Source: Isurus oxyrinchus
Taxonomy: Eukaryota
Direction of reading: 5' to 3'
Assembly: GCA_026770705.1 (NCBI GenBank)
Contig: JANJGN010000035.1
Coordinates: 13,516,001 to 13,580,000, forward strand
Length of the DNA: 64,000 bases
The first letter of the stretch is position 1. The number at the start of each line of letters is the position of its first letter. Made by a program: the position numbers and the translations under genes. A model generated the notes under the pieces. That model did no database searches, had not been told where the DNA came from, and saw nothing but the letters and a program-made list of their open reading frames with translations. This document shows positions 37,801-53,064 of this stretch, piece by piece.

Positions 37801-39349
37801 GTATGTCCGCAGAAATATTTTAGCAGGTCCATACCTTAGAATTAGAATACTTTCCGCACGTTGACAATGGCAACAGAACCACAGCCAGTACTTTCAAAAA
37901 GCTGCACATCTTTCTTTGCAGGGAGTGAACATGAGAACAGGTTGTGAGTCATTGAACATTAACCCCCTCTATCCATACCACCCCTGCTCTCTCTCTAGCA
38001 TTCATTAAATTGTTTAACATAAATATCCAGATTTTAAAGTCCACAGTTCGAAGACTGACGGCATTTGAGCCTAATCCAAGAGAAAAAAAAACAGCACAGG
38101 ATCAGACCATTAGTTTAGGTAACCCTGTGTCCAGATTAACATCACAGTTTGTTACAAAATCAAGGCCCGAAATGTACACGCCTTTGCTGTATTGGTGCTG
38201 GTCACCGGAACTCCGGAATTATTTACAAGGTTTTCAACCAGTCAGGGGTTGGTTTACCCACACGATTATAAGTGGAGACTCCGAAGAATCAGCTTCTGCT
38301 TCAGATCATTATGGCCCCAGGCACATAACAAGTTATAATTACATTCTCCAGAGTTTTTGCTGTCCCGTAGCTCTCCTCGGGATCTATAACCAGATTGTGA
38401 GGATCGTGCTTAGAGTTTGTTTTACACAGGGTTCATATTCGTGGCAAAGATTGGCCGTGAGATTTTTTGTTTGCTGAAGAATGTAATAAGTCAGACCCCC
38501 CATTTTGACCAGATTCTGCAGGAATAGAAAATCACTAGATTACTAAGAAGGTCCACTTCATTCATAAATTCTCGCACGGAAATTGAAATCCCCCCACGGT
38601 TCCTTGGGGATTTCAATTACTGCTTCTGAAATGTTATGAAAATGAAAAGCATTTTATGGCATATGGGCACCGCAGGGACCAAGGCGGTGGTGAGGTCGGC
38701 TCTGAATCTGCTCTCATTCACCGAGATGTGGAGCTCACACGGTTCTGCTGGGGATTCACTGGGTTCATTTCAACGGGTATCAAAGTGCCAACCATATTGC
38801 CATGTGTGATTATATTCAAATGGAGCCAGGCCAGGTCAGGTGACAGAGTTTCATTCCCTCAGTGGTGCATCATTGAATTAGATGATTTTGTTTTTCCTAC
38901 ATTCAATCCAAGGCTTTTAGACGAACGTTTTAACCCCTGGGCTGATGCATTGAATTTAGATTCCAACCTTGGTGGTGTTGGAAGCCATTCTGCGGGCACT
39001 TCAGTGTTACCAGGGCACTGATTTGAACACCCATGAAAAGATGGCACTTTAGGGAGGACAGATCATGGATTTTTCTTTTCACTATTCACCACATGCCACT
39101 TCAGTCCTTAAATGGTCCGGCGGATATAAAACTTCAGTCCTACATCAGCGCCGTCTTGACATAGGCTTCTCCTGGTCTGTCCCAGCGGGCCTTGCCCTTG
39201 ATTCAAGAAAATATGGAAGGATTAACATTAAGTGAATGCAGGAGGATGAATAAATTATTGGATGCTTGCAGCCAGAACTGTCCGCATTGCAATCAGTGCA
39301 GCCCTGAAACGGGCCAACACATGCTGAAATTACGGGAGAAATTATTTTT

Positions 39350-41880
39350 GAAGTCATAGAGTTATTCAGCACAGAATAAGGCCCTTCTGATTCCCGTGTT
39401 CGTGTCGGTCATCACACGTCTATATACCCTAATCCCATTAGCAAGCAATGGGCCATGTGTCCCTGTATGTTACAGCGTTCCAAGTTCTCATCTTAAATGT
39501 ACTGAAAGTCCAAGCCTCTACCACCCCTTCAAGCAGTGTGTTCCAGAGACCCACAACACTGGGTGATTTTTTTCAAATCCCTTCCAAACCTCCTGCCTAT
39601 TATTTTAAAACGATGCCCCTTATTTATTGACAACAACGCCAATGGGAAATCTTTCTTCATATTTACCCTAAGTATACCGCTCATAACTTGGTATACATCT
39701 ATGAGGCCGCACTTCAGCCTCCTCTGCTTGAAGAGCAGCCTGCCCAGTCTCTCTTCAAATCTGAAACTCTGAAGCCCAGGCAACATCCTAGGGAATTTCC
39801 TCTGCACCCTCTCCAGCGTAATCACATTGTTCCAATGCTGTCTTAATCAAAACTGCGCACAGTACTCTTGCTGTGGCCTAACTTGCATTTTATTCTGCTC
39901 CAATATAATCTTTCTGCTCTTATATTCTAGCCCTCGTCTATTAAATTCAAGTATCCCAAAGGCTTTGTTAAGATCCTTTACTACCTTTGCGGCGGCTGTC
40001 AGTGAACTATGGACTTGTCTACCGTATCCCTCTGATACTGTGTACTTCCTAGGGTCCAACTATTTATTTTGCAGTCCCTTGTCATGTTAGTCCTGCCAAA
40101 ATACATCACCTTACACTTCTCAGGATTAAATTCCATTTTACACTGCTCCATTCACCTTACCATCCCATCTATATTGCCCCGTGTGCTAAAACTTTCCCAC
40201 TCACTTTTTTTCCAGCGCCAATTCTTGTGTGACGTACGAACCTACTGACCATACCTCTTATATTCATGTCTAAATCATTAAAGTAGACTACAAAAAGCAA
40301 TCGTCCCAAGCACTGATCCCTTATGAACATCATTCATCACATCTTAAATCTGCAAAAAACAACCTTTCAACATTACCCTATGCCTTCTGCCACACAGCCA
40401 AATTTGTATCCAATTTGAAAGTTGTCCTAGATCCCATAGGCTCTTACCTTCTTGACCATTCTGCCATGTGGTTGATTGTCAACAGTCTTACTGAAGTCCG
40501 TGTGGACTTCATCAACGCTGCTACCATAATGGACACAGCTAGTCAGCTCCTGGAAGCATTCACACAAATTTGTTGGACATGATATCCCCCTAACAAAGCC
40601 ATTATCACGACCCATAATTAAGCCCTACCTATATAAGTGGAGATTAATCCTGTCACTCAGAATTTTTTGACAATAAATTCTCGAACACCGATGTTCGACT
40701 AACTGGCCTGCAATTACATGCTTATTCCGTTCTAGCCTCCTGGAATACTGGTTCCACCCTCGCTGTCCTTCAGTCATGTGGCAACTCTCCAGTAGTCAGA
40801 AAGGATTTTAAAATAAGAGTCAGTGCCCCTACCATCAGCTTACGTATTTTCCCTTATCCAACCCTTATCCCTTGACATCCAGGGATCCCCGGAGTTGCCG
40901 GGTCTACACTCCACCTTTATGTGCACTTGTTGTTCCTGAACTCTCATTATTTCCTTTTGAATGCCTCTCCTACTCTTCTGATGTAGGCATTCGGACAAGT
41001 AGCTGCTCACAGTCCTGTTTGGCCAGATCCTGTCTTATCTTTTTTACTTTGGCCTTTCCCCGATACAGGACATTCATTTCTCGCCCTTCTTTGTCCTTTT
41101 CCATAACTACTTTTAATTTTAATTTGTTATGGTGACTATCGCCGACATTCCAACCCCCACTCCACTTCCCCCCACCCTTCCGAAAACGTCTACTACCATT
41201 TGCTTGGTTTTATGCCCTGTGATTAGGTAGAGTACCTGCCCCTTCTCTTGTAGGCCTTTCTACGTGTTGCCTCAAGACACTTTTGTGGATGTGCTTTAAG
41301 AATTCCACCCCCTCTATTAAGCCTTTCACAATAAGAGTTTCCGAGTTAATATTGGGGACCTTGAAATTCCTTGCTATTATGATCCAATTATCATTACAAT
41401 TCTGTAAGATTTGACTACTTAACTACCCCTTTATCTCTCACTGACTGCTCAGAGGCCTAACGCACATTCACAGCAAAATACTTTCCCTCTTTTACGTTTT
41501 TAATTTCTGCACATGTGACATGATTAGAGGAAACTTCTCTGATACCAGCCCGCTTCACTAAAGCAATTGTCTCCTTGGTCAATAACACAATGCCAACTAC
41601 TCTTTTACACCCAGCACACCACTCCCACCGTCACATCTGAAGAATCTATGTCCTGGAAAATTGAGCTGCCAGACCGTCCTGCCCTTTCCTCATCAACGGC
41701 CCTGTGAGAGCTAAAATATCATATTCCCAAATGTTAATCAGGGCCCCCAATTAATTTGCTTTACTTGTAAGAAGCCTTGTGTTAAAACAGATGCAATCCG
41801 GCCTTGCATTAGTCCCTTGTGCCTTACTGGGTCTATATTTTGCCTTCCAAATTGACTTGGTTCCTCCTCTATGTGAGGCT
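39350..41880 (-). mobile_element. Long decayed CR1 LINE (duplicate of 18525-21050)
   Basis: LERVQRKFPRMLPGL…; KAFGILEFNRRGLEYKS; GFVRGISCPTNL…DFSKTVDNQPHGRMVKKVRAYGI. Confidence 0.92.
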
Positions 41881-42954
41881 GTGTATGACCTCCGACTGTA
41901 CTTCCCATCTGCATCCCATAATCCTGCATCCCATGTCGCCAGAACTAATCTAAATTAGCAAATACATGGAAGAAGTAAAAGGCATCCTCTTGATGGAAAA
42001 CACATAAATATAGATGAACAGGGGAACCCCAACTGCCATTGCTGCAACTGAGGCTGCGCACTGGAATTTTCCACCTCCTCCCCCTGTCCCCATCCAATCC
42101 CATGAACTCAGTGCAAATATTACTAAGCCGCCAACCCCCAACACTGGTAGCAAAGTGGTACAACGCTTGAGTAATGTAGCAGTGTAATGCTTTGGGGGCT
42201 CTGGATTCAGAACAGATGGTGTAACTTTAAAACATATCTCATGATGACCATGAAACCATGGCCGATTTTCATTGAAAGCCCATCTGATTCACCAATCTAC
42301 ATTAGGGAAGGAAATCCTCCGTCCTTCCCTCGCCTGGCCTACATATGATTCCACACCCACAACCATGTGGTTGACTACTAATTGTCCTCTGAAGAAGGGG
42401 CAATTAGGGATGGGCACTGAGTGCTGGCCTGCCCAGTGACACTCATGTCTCATGATCAGATTAGAAAAGATCATCGTGAGTTTTAAATAGCTGAAAAAGT
42501 CGTCACTTTTCTGATTAAGTGTAATTTGGTTTCAACCACAGTGGGATTCAGACAATTTGCAAAATGACATTGCTCTAAAACTTAATGTTCTATTGGAGTG
42601 CAATCCTTGAATTGATAGTTGCATTAGCATTTTTGAAGTGATATTTATTTGGATTTCTTTGAAGAATTTTTTTTTTAAACTTGTGCTCTTTTGTGTGGTT
42701 AATTTTCCGAGAATGGGGCCAATATATAGCTGCATACAGAACTGATAGCGCCCTTATTCAGAAAATAGGGGGTGAAACCCAGGATCATTTATATAAAATA
42801 AGCAAAATAAAGTGGATGCTGGAAATCTGAAACAAAAAGAGAAAAAGCTGAAAAATCTCAGCAGGTTTTTGGTTTTTTGGCTAACAATGTGTTTTCGGTT
42901 ATGGAGTCCACTAACATCTGGTTTACATAGGGCATTATAACTTTTCCACGAGAG

Positions 42955-43845
42955 AGAAGCAGTCCATGTTGAAATACAGCAAATACCTGGACAACACCCG
43001 TGACTGGGTTAACAAGTGGTAAATAACTTTCCCACCAGACATGCATCAGGTAATAACCATCTCTAGCAAGAGATAGTCCAAACATCGCCCCTTGACATTC
43101 AATCACATTACTTTAGCTGAATCCCTCATTATCAACATCCTGGGGTTACCATTGATCAGAAAATGACCTGCACGAGCCAAATAAACAGAGTGGCCAATAG
43201 AGCAGTTCAGAGGCTAGACATCTTGTGGCGAGAAATCCATCCACTGACTCCCCTGTCCACTATCTACAAGGCACAAGTCAGGACTGCGATGTAACGATCC
43301 CCACTCCCCTGGTGGGGTGCATTTACCACAACTCAAAATAGGGTTGACACCAACCAGGTAAAAGCAGCAATTTGATTGGCACCCCAACAATAAACACACA
43401 CTGTCTCCATGACCGATGCATATTAGCAGCCAGCAGTGTAGAATCCAGAATTTACCAATGCTCCATCGACACCACCTTGCAATCCCACAAGCAGTACCAG
43501 ATTGAAGGACAATGCAGCAGATAGTTTTGCACACCACTACCTGGAAGACAACCCCACACATTCACGCAATCACCCCCCCCGCCCCACCCCCCGCCCACAC
43601 CCCCCCCCCCCCACCCCCATCCATGGGAAATCACCACCTTGACATGGAAATATTTCAGCAGTCCCTTCACTGTGTTTGGGTCGAAATCCTGGAGCTCCCT
43701 CCCTAACAGCACTGTAGGTGTACCTACACCACATGGGCTACAGCTCTTTATAACGTTAGCTCACCCTCACCTTCTCAAGGTGTAATGAGGGCTCGGCAAT
43801 AATTGCTGCCCCAGCCAGCTAAGCCTACAACACGTGAATGATTTT
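42955..43845 (+). mobile_element. L2/CR1-group LINE 3' fragment (duplicate of 22540-23400)
   Basis: Direct paralogy; carries a copy-specific C-rich expansion. Confidence 0.85.
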
Positions 43846-46800
43846 TTTAAAAAAATGTGTCTGTGTTTCTATCCCTGGTAGTTCGATCATATCTGTGTTT
43901 CAAGTCCGATGTGAACTGATCCGCTTGTTCGTTGCTCATCTCTTGCTTTGTTACTCAGATGTGTGGAACTATTAGCACCGTAGTTGTTTTTCTGTTTCAT
44001 AAAGATAGGGAACTCTCCCATTCTTTTTTTTTCTTAAAACACTAATCGGACAAGTTGCGTGGAAAGCAATGTGAAATTCGAGCAATATCATCACTTCAAT
44101 GTGTTCAAACAGAGTAACCCAAAATATTCACCGTGAAACATTTTCGTTTAATACAATGCACCATGTAATAGCGTGCATTCAAAATGTTCAGGTGTATTTC
44201 TAATTGCAGCAAATGCAATTTAATTTAAGAGGAAAAAATTCATGACGATTTGATGGAATGTAAACGTAAATGCACACTGGGGAGCATGCACTGTTCTCAT
44301 AGTTTAACAGAAATGAACCTTCACAGCAAAGGGACTTGATATCCTGGACGAATGTCAAACTGAAAGCAAGAGGTCACAAAGCAAATAAGATGGTGATCAG
44401 TTGGAGGGCATCTTTTAAAAAATCGTTCATAAATTGTGGGGTAGGCCTGCATTTATTGTTATTCCCTAATTGCTGTTGTTCAAAGGGCATTTCAGTGTTA
44501 GCTATTGCTGTTGATCTGAATTCACATGTAGGCCAGAAAGTGTAGAAGGATTTATTCACGGACGGTTTCCTGGTCAGCAGCACACGATTGGCTCTAGCAT
44601 TGTGATTTTGCAATCAAAATCCAATATTTGCTGCTGGAAGACTGGTTCCCATGACATTAACTCTGGATCATACATTTATTTTACCACCACCCCTCAATCT
44701 CTCTGAAGACCAACATTGAGAAAGGATTTTTGGTTCAGTGACAGGAAATTTCAATGACATTTATAAAAATCAGGAAAAAAGAACAACATTGTGGATTTGT
44801 TGCTAACTCGCTTAGAACTTTAGAGCTTGAAACCCTGAGCAATATCCTAAGATAGAGCGTGCCTCATTTACTTTTAAGTGAAACGTTAGCATGTTGACAA
44901 CTGTGAATGTGTCATATTATTCAGGAAGGGGACTTGGTGCGTCTTCAAATGGATGTTCAACAATACACTGGTCACCACAGGTGTGCGTCATCTGCCCCTC
45001 AATTAGTCTACAATGCAGTGGAAGCAAACGTCCAGTGAGAGTGATGCTCCCAAACCCATCACTAATAAAAAGAGAAACCAAGTCAAGGACTCACATGAAA
45101 GCAGGTAAGTTACAGACGTGTGCCTTATCGCCACATTCTTCCTCCTGTCACAATTTGAACAGATAGAATTTTATATTCAGGATACACCAGGAAGCTCCTC
45201 CCGGTCGATGTGTGTATGGGTATCAATAATTGCCCTCTCAAATTGAATTCCCCTCTCCATTCCGAGCGAAATCACTTGTATAATTCTCATATTGTTGAAA
45301 TACTGTCGGAAATGTAAAATTTCTCTTCACAGCCTGACCGGCCTTCTCCGTATTCCCTCACTGACTCCCCAGAGTGTGGTTGCCAGGACTTTATAATTTC
45401 TGCAGAAGTTGTGTCCATGCCAGTTTACCTTATGGAGAACCAATCATACCTCAGGGAAAATATGCACTCATAAGGGCGCATGTAAGGTGTGATTGGTTTG
45501 GCAATAGTCGTTATGAGACAAGAGCTCTAATGTGCATTTATGATATTAAAACGATGATTACTTTATCAGCGGTTTAAAAGGTCCAAGCAACCATGACAGC
45601 AGGCATGTTTTGGGAGAGCACAATCCTTTTGAAACCCAGTTATCTGTATTCAGTGTCCAGGCCACTTTAGAGCAGTTAACTACCGCTTGGAATTGTTGTG
45701 CCTACATAATTGAAGAGGAAATGTTTTCTTGCGCACAGCAGTTATTCTAAACATATATGTTTTTTCCTCAATGCTGGATAATTGTTGTACCACAAGTCAG
45801 GGGTTTATTCCGTTAATAGTTATTACAACATGTGCAAAAGGAAATCCTGCAGCTTATCATTCGATTACTTACCTTAAGGTGAGTGATGTGAGGAAAGCAT
45901 TTATGAAATAAATTCAGGGAGGGAATTCACCTGCAGAGAAATTTGCATGTGCTCGATGGACCGTAGGAGCTTGCCTGGCCAAGTTATTTCCAGCAACTTA
46001 CTGGTTTAAAAGCAGTTAGCAGAATACAAATTGAGGACAATATCTTATCCAGAGAGGTTGCAAACCAAATTAGACAGCAAGACCTCATCAGGGCAATTAT
46101 ATGTTTTTTTTCTACAATGAGCAGTGCTTTGACAAATTAACTAAACAAACTCCTTAAGGGTGTTTTATTAGGAGTACTATTGCCATCAGCATTATTACAC
46201 AGAGAATGAAATTTCAACTGACTTGTATAATTTTAGTAAACAGAATACAAATTTAGGAGAATAGGTTATCAACGTATTTTAAAACAAAATTAGACGTCAA
46301 GATTCCTTAGGTGCAATTATTTGCCTTTTCTCCTCAACAATGGAAAGCACAATGTCAAATTACTCCTTAAAATGAGATTATTACGTTTAATATTGCCATC
46401 ATCATTATATAAAAAAAGGATGCCAATTCATGTGGAACATTTGCACGGGGCTTCGTTGGTAGCATAAATTGGCTGCCATGGAAACTGCAGTTCTATTGAA
46501 TATTACGGCAAAATTCTTATTGGAGAGACTAAGTTCCTGCAATTTCAGGACGCATGTCAGACGGTGAAAAAAAAAGCATTTGAGAAATGAATGACTAAAA
46601 ATTAAGCCAAAGATTGTCAGCAATGCGCTTCCACAGACTGGAAAAGGAAGCTTCCTTTGGAGGGGTCGTGTGTTGGGTCCTGTTGAACTGAACTGTCAAT
46701 ACTTTCAACACATGATTCATGAAGAAATGATTCAAAGCAACAAAAGCAATACCCGCATGGCATAAATGTCGGATTCACAACACTCGAGTTTGGTTAACTC

Positions 46801-47829
46801 GTAAAAAGTATTTTTATGCATTCGGTGCATTATTGTTTATAATCTCACAAAATACTATTACGAACCTATGATTTCATAAGGAATACTGTTCGAACGTTGT
46901 TAAGCTAACTTTCACAAGCTAAACTGTGAGGAAATATTTTATCTCATAGGGTGTATTGTTGATCCATGATTTGAAACATGGCTGAGTCAAGGAGCACTGC
47001 ATTCGGACCCTCCATTCACCATATACGCACCCAATCCACCACCCGGTGAGTTACCGAGGCTTGCAGATTCTTTCAGCATCCAGAGAAGTTACCAGTCAAG
47101 TTATTAAGTTGCTTTGAACGAAAACTCGCTGCGTAAGACGAATCTTTTATTTTAATTCCATATTTATTCCCATTCAGATGGGTTAAAATTTTAACAGATA
47201 AAGTCACATAGTCAAGATATGTTGAATTAAATGGCGCCGTCGGTTATCTGTAAACGTATCATGAAATAGACGTTAATATTAGTTTGCTTCATTCTACACC
47301 ATAATAAAGCTAGTAGAATTTCAATAGGGTTTGAAATCGACACTTATATGAATATATTTCGAACTTTTGCTTTCTTAAGTCAGTCTTGGGATGTACGCTG
47401 ACAAGCTGTGTATTTTAAGTACATTTAAATATTCCCCTTTGACAACACTGAGCTGGGCCTCAGTCTCGGTACCCCGCAGGCTTTGTGGCCAGGATGCTCC
47501 CAAAATATTAGCATGGATGGAGTGGTAAATTTCGAGCCAGCGTGGCTGGGGAAAATATGATTTATTTAGAAGTGACAGTGTTGTGTGATTTAGATGTGCT
47601 CTTGGATATGATCACACTCTCACAAACAGGCTGCCCTTTATCTTCTCGGAGGTAGAAATTGCGTGTTTTGTAGGTGCTGTCCACAATGTATGAATGGCTT
47701 CCCAGAGTGAATCCTGCAGACGGAGCCCAATGCGTTCTCCAGTCCAACCATGATAGACGAGAATTTTTTTGATCTGATCCCGAATGTATGTGTTAATGCC
47801 CTAACACAGAATATTTTACGATATTTGCT

Positions 47830-48610
47830 CCATGATCCCCCAACTTCCTCCTCTTCCACTTTTTACCCCTCTTTCTATCTCTTCTCGCCACCCCTCGCTC
47901 TCTCTCCCTCTCTCTGTGTTAATGGATTATTTCAGGATGTTCTATGCGCTTTGATCCCTTATCAATCATCATTTCCTTTTGCATCTACCTTCAATTCTTC
48001 TTATATTCACCCCCGACCTATCTGCCTCATCATTCTCTCCACTGCTATCCAACCGCCACCCGCCCAACTAACACGCCCCAATCTCTTTCCTGCTCTCTCT
48101 TTCTCTCCATCTATTGCATCCCCCACCAAACTCTCTACCTCGCTTTCTCTCAATCCTCTTCTCTATATCTCCCACAAAGCCCGACCTCCCACTCTTTCTC
48201 TCTATCACTTCTGACCACCCCCACCCTTCTCCTGGTCACTTTCTCTATCTCTGTCCATATCCCTCTCATACACAGACACCTGCTGCATTCCCTCTCTTTT
48301 TTCACTCACCTCCCTTTTTTCTCTCTCTTTCCCTCTCCCTCTGCATTTCTTTATCCAAATATTTTCCCACTCATAGCCACCTCTCTCTCTCCCTCTCTAT
48401 ATCATTCTGTTTCCTTCCCTCTCCATCTCTCTCTCTCCTTCCGACACTGAACATGGCTATCATACTCTCCCTCTCTTTCCATCTCTATCACTGCCACCAA
48501 AGCCCACTCCCTCTCTTGATATCTCTCTCTCTCTATCTGCTTGCCTCTCTCTCTCTTTCTCTTTCTGCCTCTCTTGCTCTCTCTCTCGCTCTCTCTCACC
48601 CTCATTCGCC
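47830..48610. repeat. CT-rich low-complexity tract (duplicate of 27400-28170)
   Basis: Degenerate (CT)n. Confidence 0.9.
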
Positions 48611-51600
48611 GTTATTTCTCTTAGTTTTGATATGTTTTAACTGTGTGCACACTATGTTACTTTCTATTTTAGTTTATTCAGATTGCCTTGGGAGTGCTGT
48701 TTTTTCTCTACCGGATATTTATCTATTGCACAACAATCGCACCGAGCCCAGTGCTGTTATCAAGAATGTACCGAACTGACCGGCTGAGCGGCCTATTGGT
48801 AAGTTTCAGGTCAAGAACTGGAGCAATCAATGTGAGAAGGAATGGGAGGGTTCGAATTGAGCAGATTAGAATGGTGAATTGTGTCCGTGCTTTCATGCAG
48901 CACAGCATAACCAATTGTTTTTCAATGTCATCCTTCCAGAAATTAACGCTAATCTTTGGCTTGCAACACTAAGATGTTGAAAATCCCCATAGCTACTTTG
49001 AAGAACACATGAACCTGTTCCACTCGGTCAACTTTGATAAAAAATGGCGATTTACAAAGCAGAATTTCAGATGCAATAGTCCCTTTCTGTATTTCTGCCC
49101 AGGTCTCCAAAAGTTTTAACTATAACCTATACATTTTTACATCCACATGCTCTGAAACTCTGCTTCGGACGGGCCACGTCCAAATCATTTCTGTAATTTT
49201 TCAGACCAGACCATATATCTCCAGAAGACATTTCAGTGATTACCATATTTAGATCCGGGGCGAATGTCCCCTCACATGACAAGCAGTGAGTTCAATCTTT
49301 CACAGTCTCACCCAAGTGTTCATGCTGCTTTGGAACGTGTTTCTGTGTTCAGTGCACGCTACCAGCTCAAGATGCTTCTTGCTGTTTGTAACATTCAACT
49401 TTCGTCCACATTTCCCATTTGCAGCCGGAACATAACATAGTCAGAAAACTTGTATGTATGGCTTCCTAGCCCTCCATCGCACCCGCGAAAAATGCTGCCA
49501 CAAGCTGACAACTCATCACAGGTAAGTTGGAGATATATCAGAGTAAATCACGTGAAGAATCAAACAGGAGAATTGAAAAGGGATTCATGGTTTGACAAAG
49601 TTGTTATCATTATAAACACGATCTATCAGTTGAAATGGATATTTGTACATTTCATTCCAGTTCATTTTTTGTGGGAGTGTACAGTTCATTGTAGGAGCGG
49701 AAACAAATAGACGTCATGTGAGTATATCCTTATTGTAAGTTGGTGAATCAAAAAATTTCAGCTCCAGGAGTCCTGTTTTCATGTTAGATTCTGCAACGCA
49801 GCTTAAACCACAATTTGCTTCCTTGCACACAGGCCTGCGCAGCAATGCTTAGTGGCAGAGGAAATGAGATTCAAAGGGTGACACGGGAAATCATTTCTCA
49901 TTTCATGACTTTTCCCACGTATATAAACGGACACATTCGGTAAAATTCCGTGAACACATATAAAACTGTTTTATTTTTACAACATTGGATTTCACATTTA
50001 CCGTAATTTCCATGTTTTTTGCTGTGTGTACCAGAAGGTTTTGGCCCAAAATCCAATGGCTTTGTGTGAAATATCATGGACAGATATCAAAATTAATTGC
50101 TGCATACTCTCCGAAGCTGTGTGCCTGTCTGGTGGCGAATTTGACCAGTGTCTTTGTTCTGGCGGTGGATCTGTACCTGTTACACTTCGATGTCTGCATT
50201 TGGCCTGGATCAAAATTATACGCTCCCGGAGGTGTTCAACATCATTGTGCAATTCATGTGAGTACAGAATAAAATCCTCAAATGCGGCTGAATTATGCGA
50301 ATTGGCAAAGGGAGGTCCAGCACGTGTTTGCTTTATTTTACATAGACTGAATGAGAATGGCCAGTATGAAGGGGGCTCGCTGTCTTTTTAATGTCCAAAA
50401 CCAACCTCCTTCCACCAAACTACCTGAAGCAGGTGATAGAAGAAAAGCAATTTCCATTTGCCTGACTTCCTCAAATACGTGCTGCTAAAGATGACTCTTA
50501 ATAGCCAACGTTCAGACCTGTACACAGATAGCGATATATGCTTAGAAAGCCAAGAATTTTTAAAAATAAATGGGCTGGAGGAGCAGCTTCGGGTGTATGG
50601 CTGCTGAGCAGGCTGCTGCACTTGCTGTATGGGCAGCAGTGTTCTGTTCTGTTTCAAATCTAGTAAAGAGGGAAATCAAGCACGCAGGCCAAGCGGCCAT
50701 TGGTATAGTCAAGACTCGAGACACAAGGCACTGATGAGATTTTTTCCCGTCCAGCTACATAGTTGCCACTCAAAGACACACAGAAAACAATTGAACATAT
50801 TAAGCACACCAAGCCTAAATAACTCCCACTAGAACCTGTCCCCAAGACCCTGCGCCGCCGGAATTTTTCACAGCCATTTACCAGTGACAAGCTTTCGGAT
50901 TCAACTAATAGTTGCGAATTTCATTGACCTGCGTCCACCTGCTGAAATCTTGAATATTTCGTAGATATCTCTTATTGTCGATACTCAGGTTTATATTGTC
51001 TAGTGAAAAGGCACCAGCCTAATCATTTGTAGGCATTATCAAATATCTTCTTCGGAATGCTCAAAGCCAACTTAGTTGAATTGCCATTTGGAGGCCAATT
51101 CATTGGTGAATGTTTTTATTTTACGAGGAGGGTCTCTATATCTGGATGATATAGGCTTCTGTGTAAATAAATCACCATCAGAAGGCTGATGCTTAGAACG
51201 GTTGACTGGTTTGCCGACCGACATTTGTTTATCTGCTCCCCAGTCCGCCCATTGTCAGATAGTGAGGCCAAACTAGTAAAATGACACTCATATATTTTAC
51301 TTTGCATGGAGGCCCATTTGATGGCAAATGGCGAGAGCTCTCTCCCAACACATTGTTGCCCCAGGCCAATGCCCAATCCCATCTCTTTACTTTCCTCAAT
51401 TGTGACTATATTCTCTGCTCAATGCTCTGTGTTAAGTGTCTTTGTGAATTGCGCTGTCACAGTGTTCATGAGAAATCTCGTGACCTGCAGTCAATTTCCT
51501 TATTTCCGACTGTCAGTAACATATTCTTGCCACTGATGGCCAGGGGTATCCTTACGAGTTCCTAATCATCCTTTGGATCCTAGTTCTGCTGGAGATATTG

Positions 51601-51934
51601 ATAGCAATCGCTCTTTCTATTATTGGCTGGACGGCGCTGGGCAGAAATTCGAAGACTCTCGTCTATAAGGTTAGTTATTACATGGGAACTGTTAAATTTT
51701 AGCTTTGTTATGAAGAAAAGGAAGCAACATGAATCTATGGAGCACCTTTTCTGGCCATTAGAAAGGCCCTTAAACGGAACAAAACAGTATCCTACTAATA
51801 GGAGCATGATTAGCACAAGCTGATAATTCGTATGTGTTGGGTAAGAGCTCGGAGGTTCAGAGGCGTGCATGAATAACAAATGGTACAGCAATTAATTTGG
51901 ATAGCTAATTGAATGTTATAATTTTTTACAAGGG

Positions 51935-52550
51935 TAATTGATTAGAAAAATATGCTTCATTTGTACAGAGCATTGGAGAGACTAAACCTGGGGTACTCTG
52001 TTGAGTATTGGTCAACTTATGTAAGGATATATGTATATGCATTAGATGCAATCCAGAGATTGTTTTGCTAGACGAATACCAGGAGTGGATGCGTTATCTC
52101 ATGTGGAAAGGTTGGGAAGGTTAGGCTTCTATCCACTGGAATGCAGAAAGAGTGAGACACAAATTCATTGAAAGCTTGATGATACTGAGGGCCCTTGACA
52201 CTGTGGATGTGGAGAGGTTGTTTTCTATTGTGGGATAATCTAGACCTTGGAGGTCACTGTTTAACTATAAAGCGTCCCCCATTTATGAATGTGATTGGTA
52301 AAATATGTCTGGGAGGCTGGTGAGGCTTTGGCATGCTCTTCCTCAAAATGTGGTGAATGCATAGTCTTTGAACATTTTAGAAGTTAGAGCTTGATTGATT
52401 CTTTATTAAGGAGCTGCTTAATGGTTATCAGGATAAGTCGTAATTTGGGTTTGAGGTTAAATTCAGGTCAGTCATGATCGTATTTATTGGTGTAGCAGGA
52501 AGGTGGGATCGAGTGGCCAATTGCTATTCCTTCTTCATATGTTCCTATGG
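51935..52550 (+). mobile_element. CR1 3' fragment (duplicate of 31585-32200)
   Basis: Direct paralogy. Confidence 0.85.
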
Positions 52551-52829
52551 TCAAATCCATGAGATCAAGAGCAAAGTGTTAATTTGACAAGAAATGCTCC
52601 CTGTAATATAAAGCAGTGCATGTCGGCAGACAATGAGTGCTTTTCAGATAAGGCCTTGTTCCCCAAGTGTCAATTTTGGTTCAATTACTCTTTCCCAAGT
52701 TCAGTAAACGAACGAGAGTATCGTGCCTGGAGAAACTTGATAAAATTTGCAGCCGGTACACAACGTGATAACTTGGTAGATATGGGCAAATTGCGTTGTT
52801 GACTCCAGATGGCATAGACTGAATAGACA

Positions 52830-53064
52830 TAAAAACAAAAAAACTGCGGATGCTGGAAAACCAAAACAAAACAAAGCAAAAACAGAATTAACTGGAAAAA
52901 CTCAGCAGGTCTGGTAGCATCGGCGGAGAAGAAAAGAGTTGACGTTTCGAGTCCTCATGACCCTTCGAAGGGTCATGAGGACTCGAAACGTCAACTCTTT
53001 TCTTCTCCACCGATGGTGCCAGATCTGCTGAGTATTTCCAGTAATTCTGCTTTTGTTTTGTTTT
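52830..53064. mobile_element. Copy-specific palindromic Penelope-like insertion with 13-bp target-site duplication
   Basis: Absent at the paralogous site 32465-32477; flanked by GACTGAATAGACA (52817-52829) and GACAGAATAGACA (53065-53077); fold-back centred at 52966/52967 (…GACCCTTC|GAAGGGTC…). Confidence 0.9.

Noticed and set aside
38010-38477. 155-aa ORF as a gene carried by the duplication
   Set aside because: Broken in unit 1 (17170-17700), no recognisable domain or splice structure
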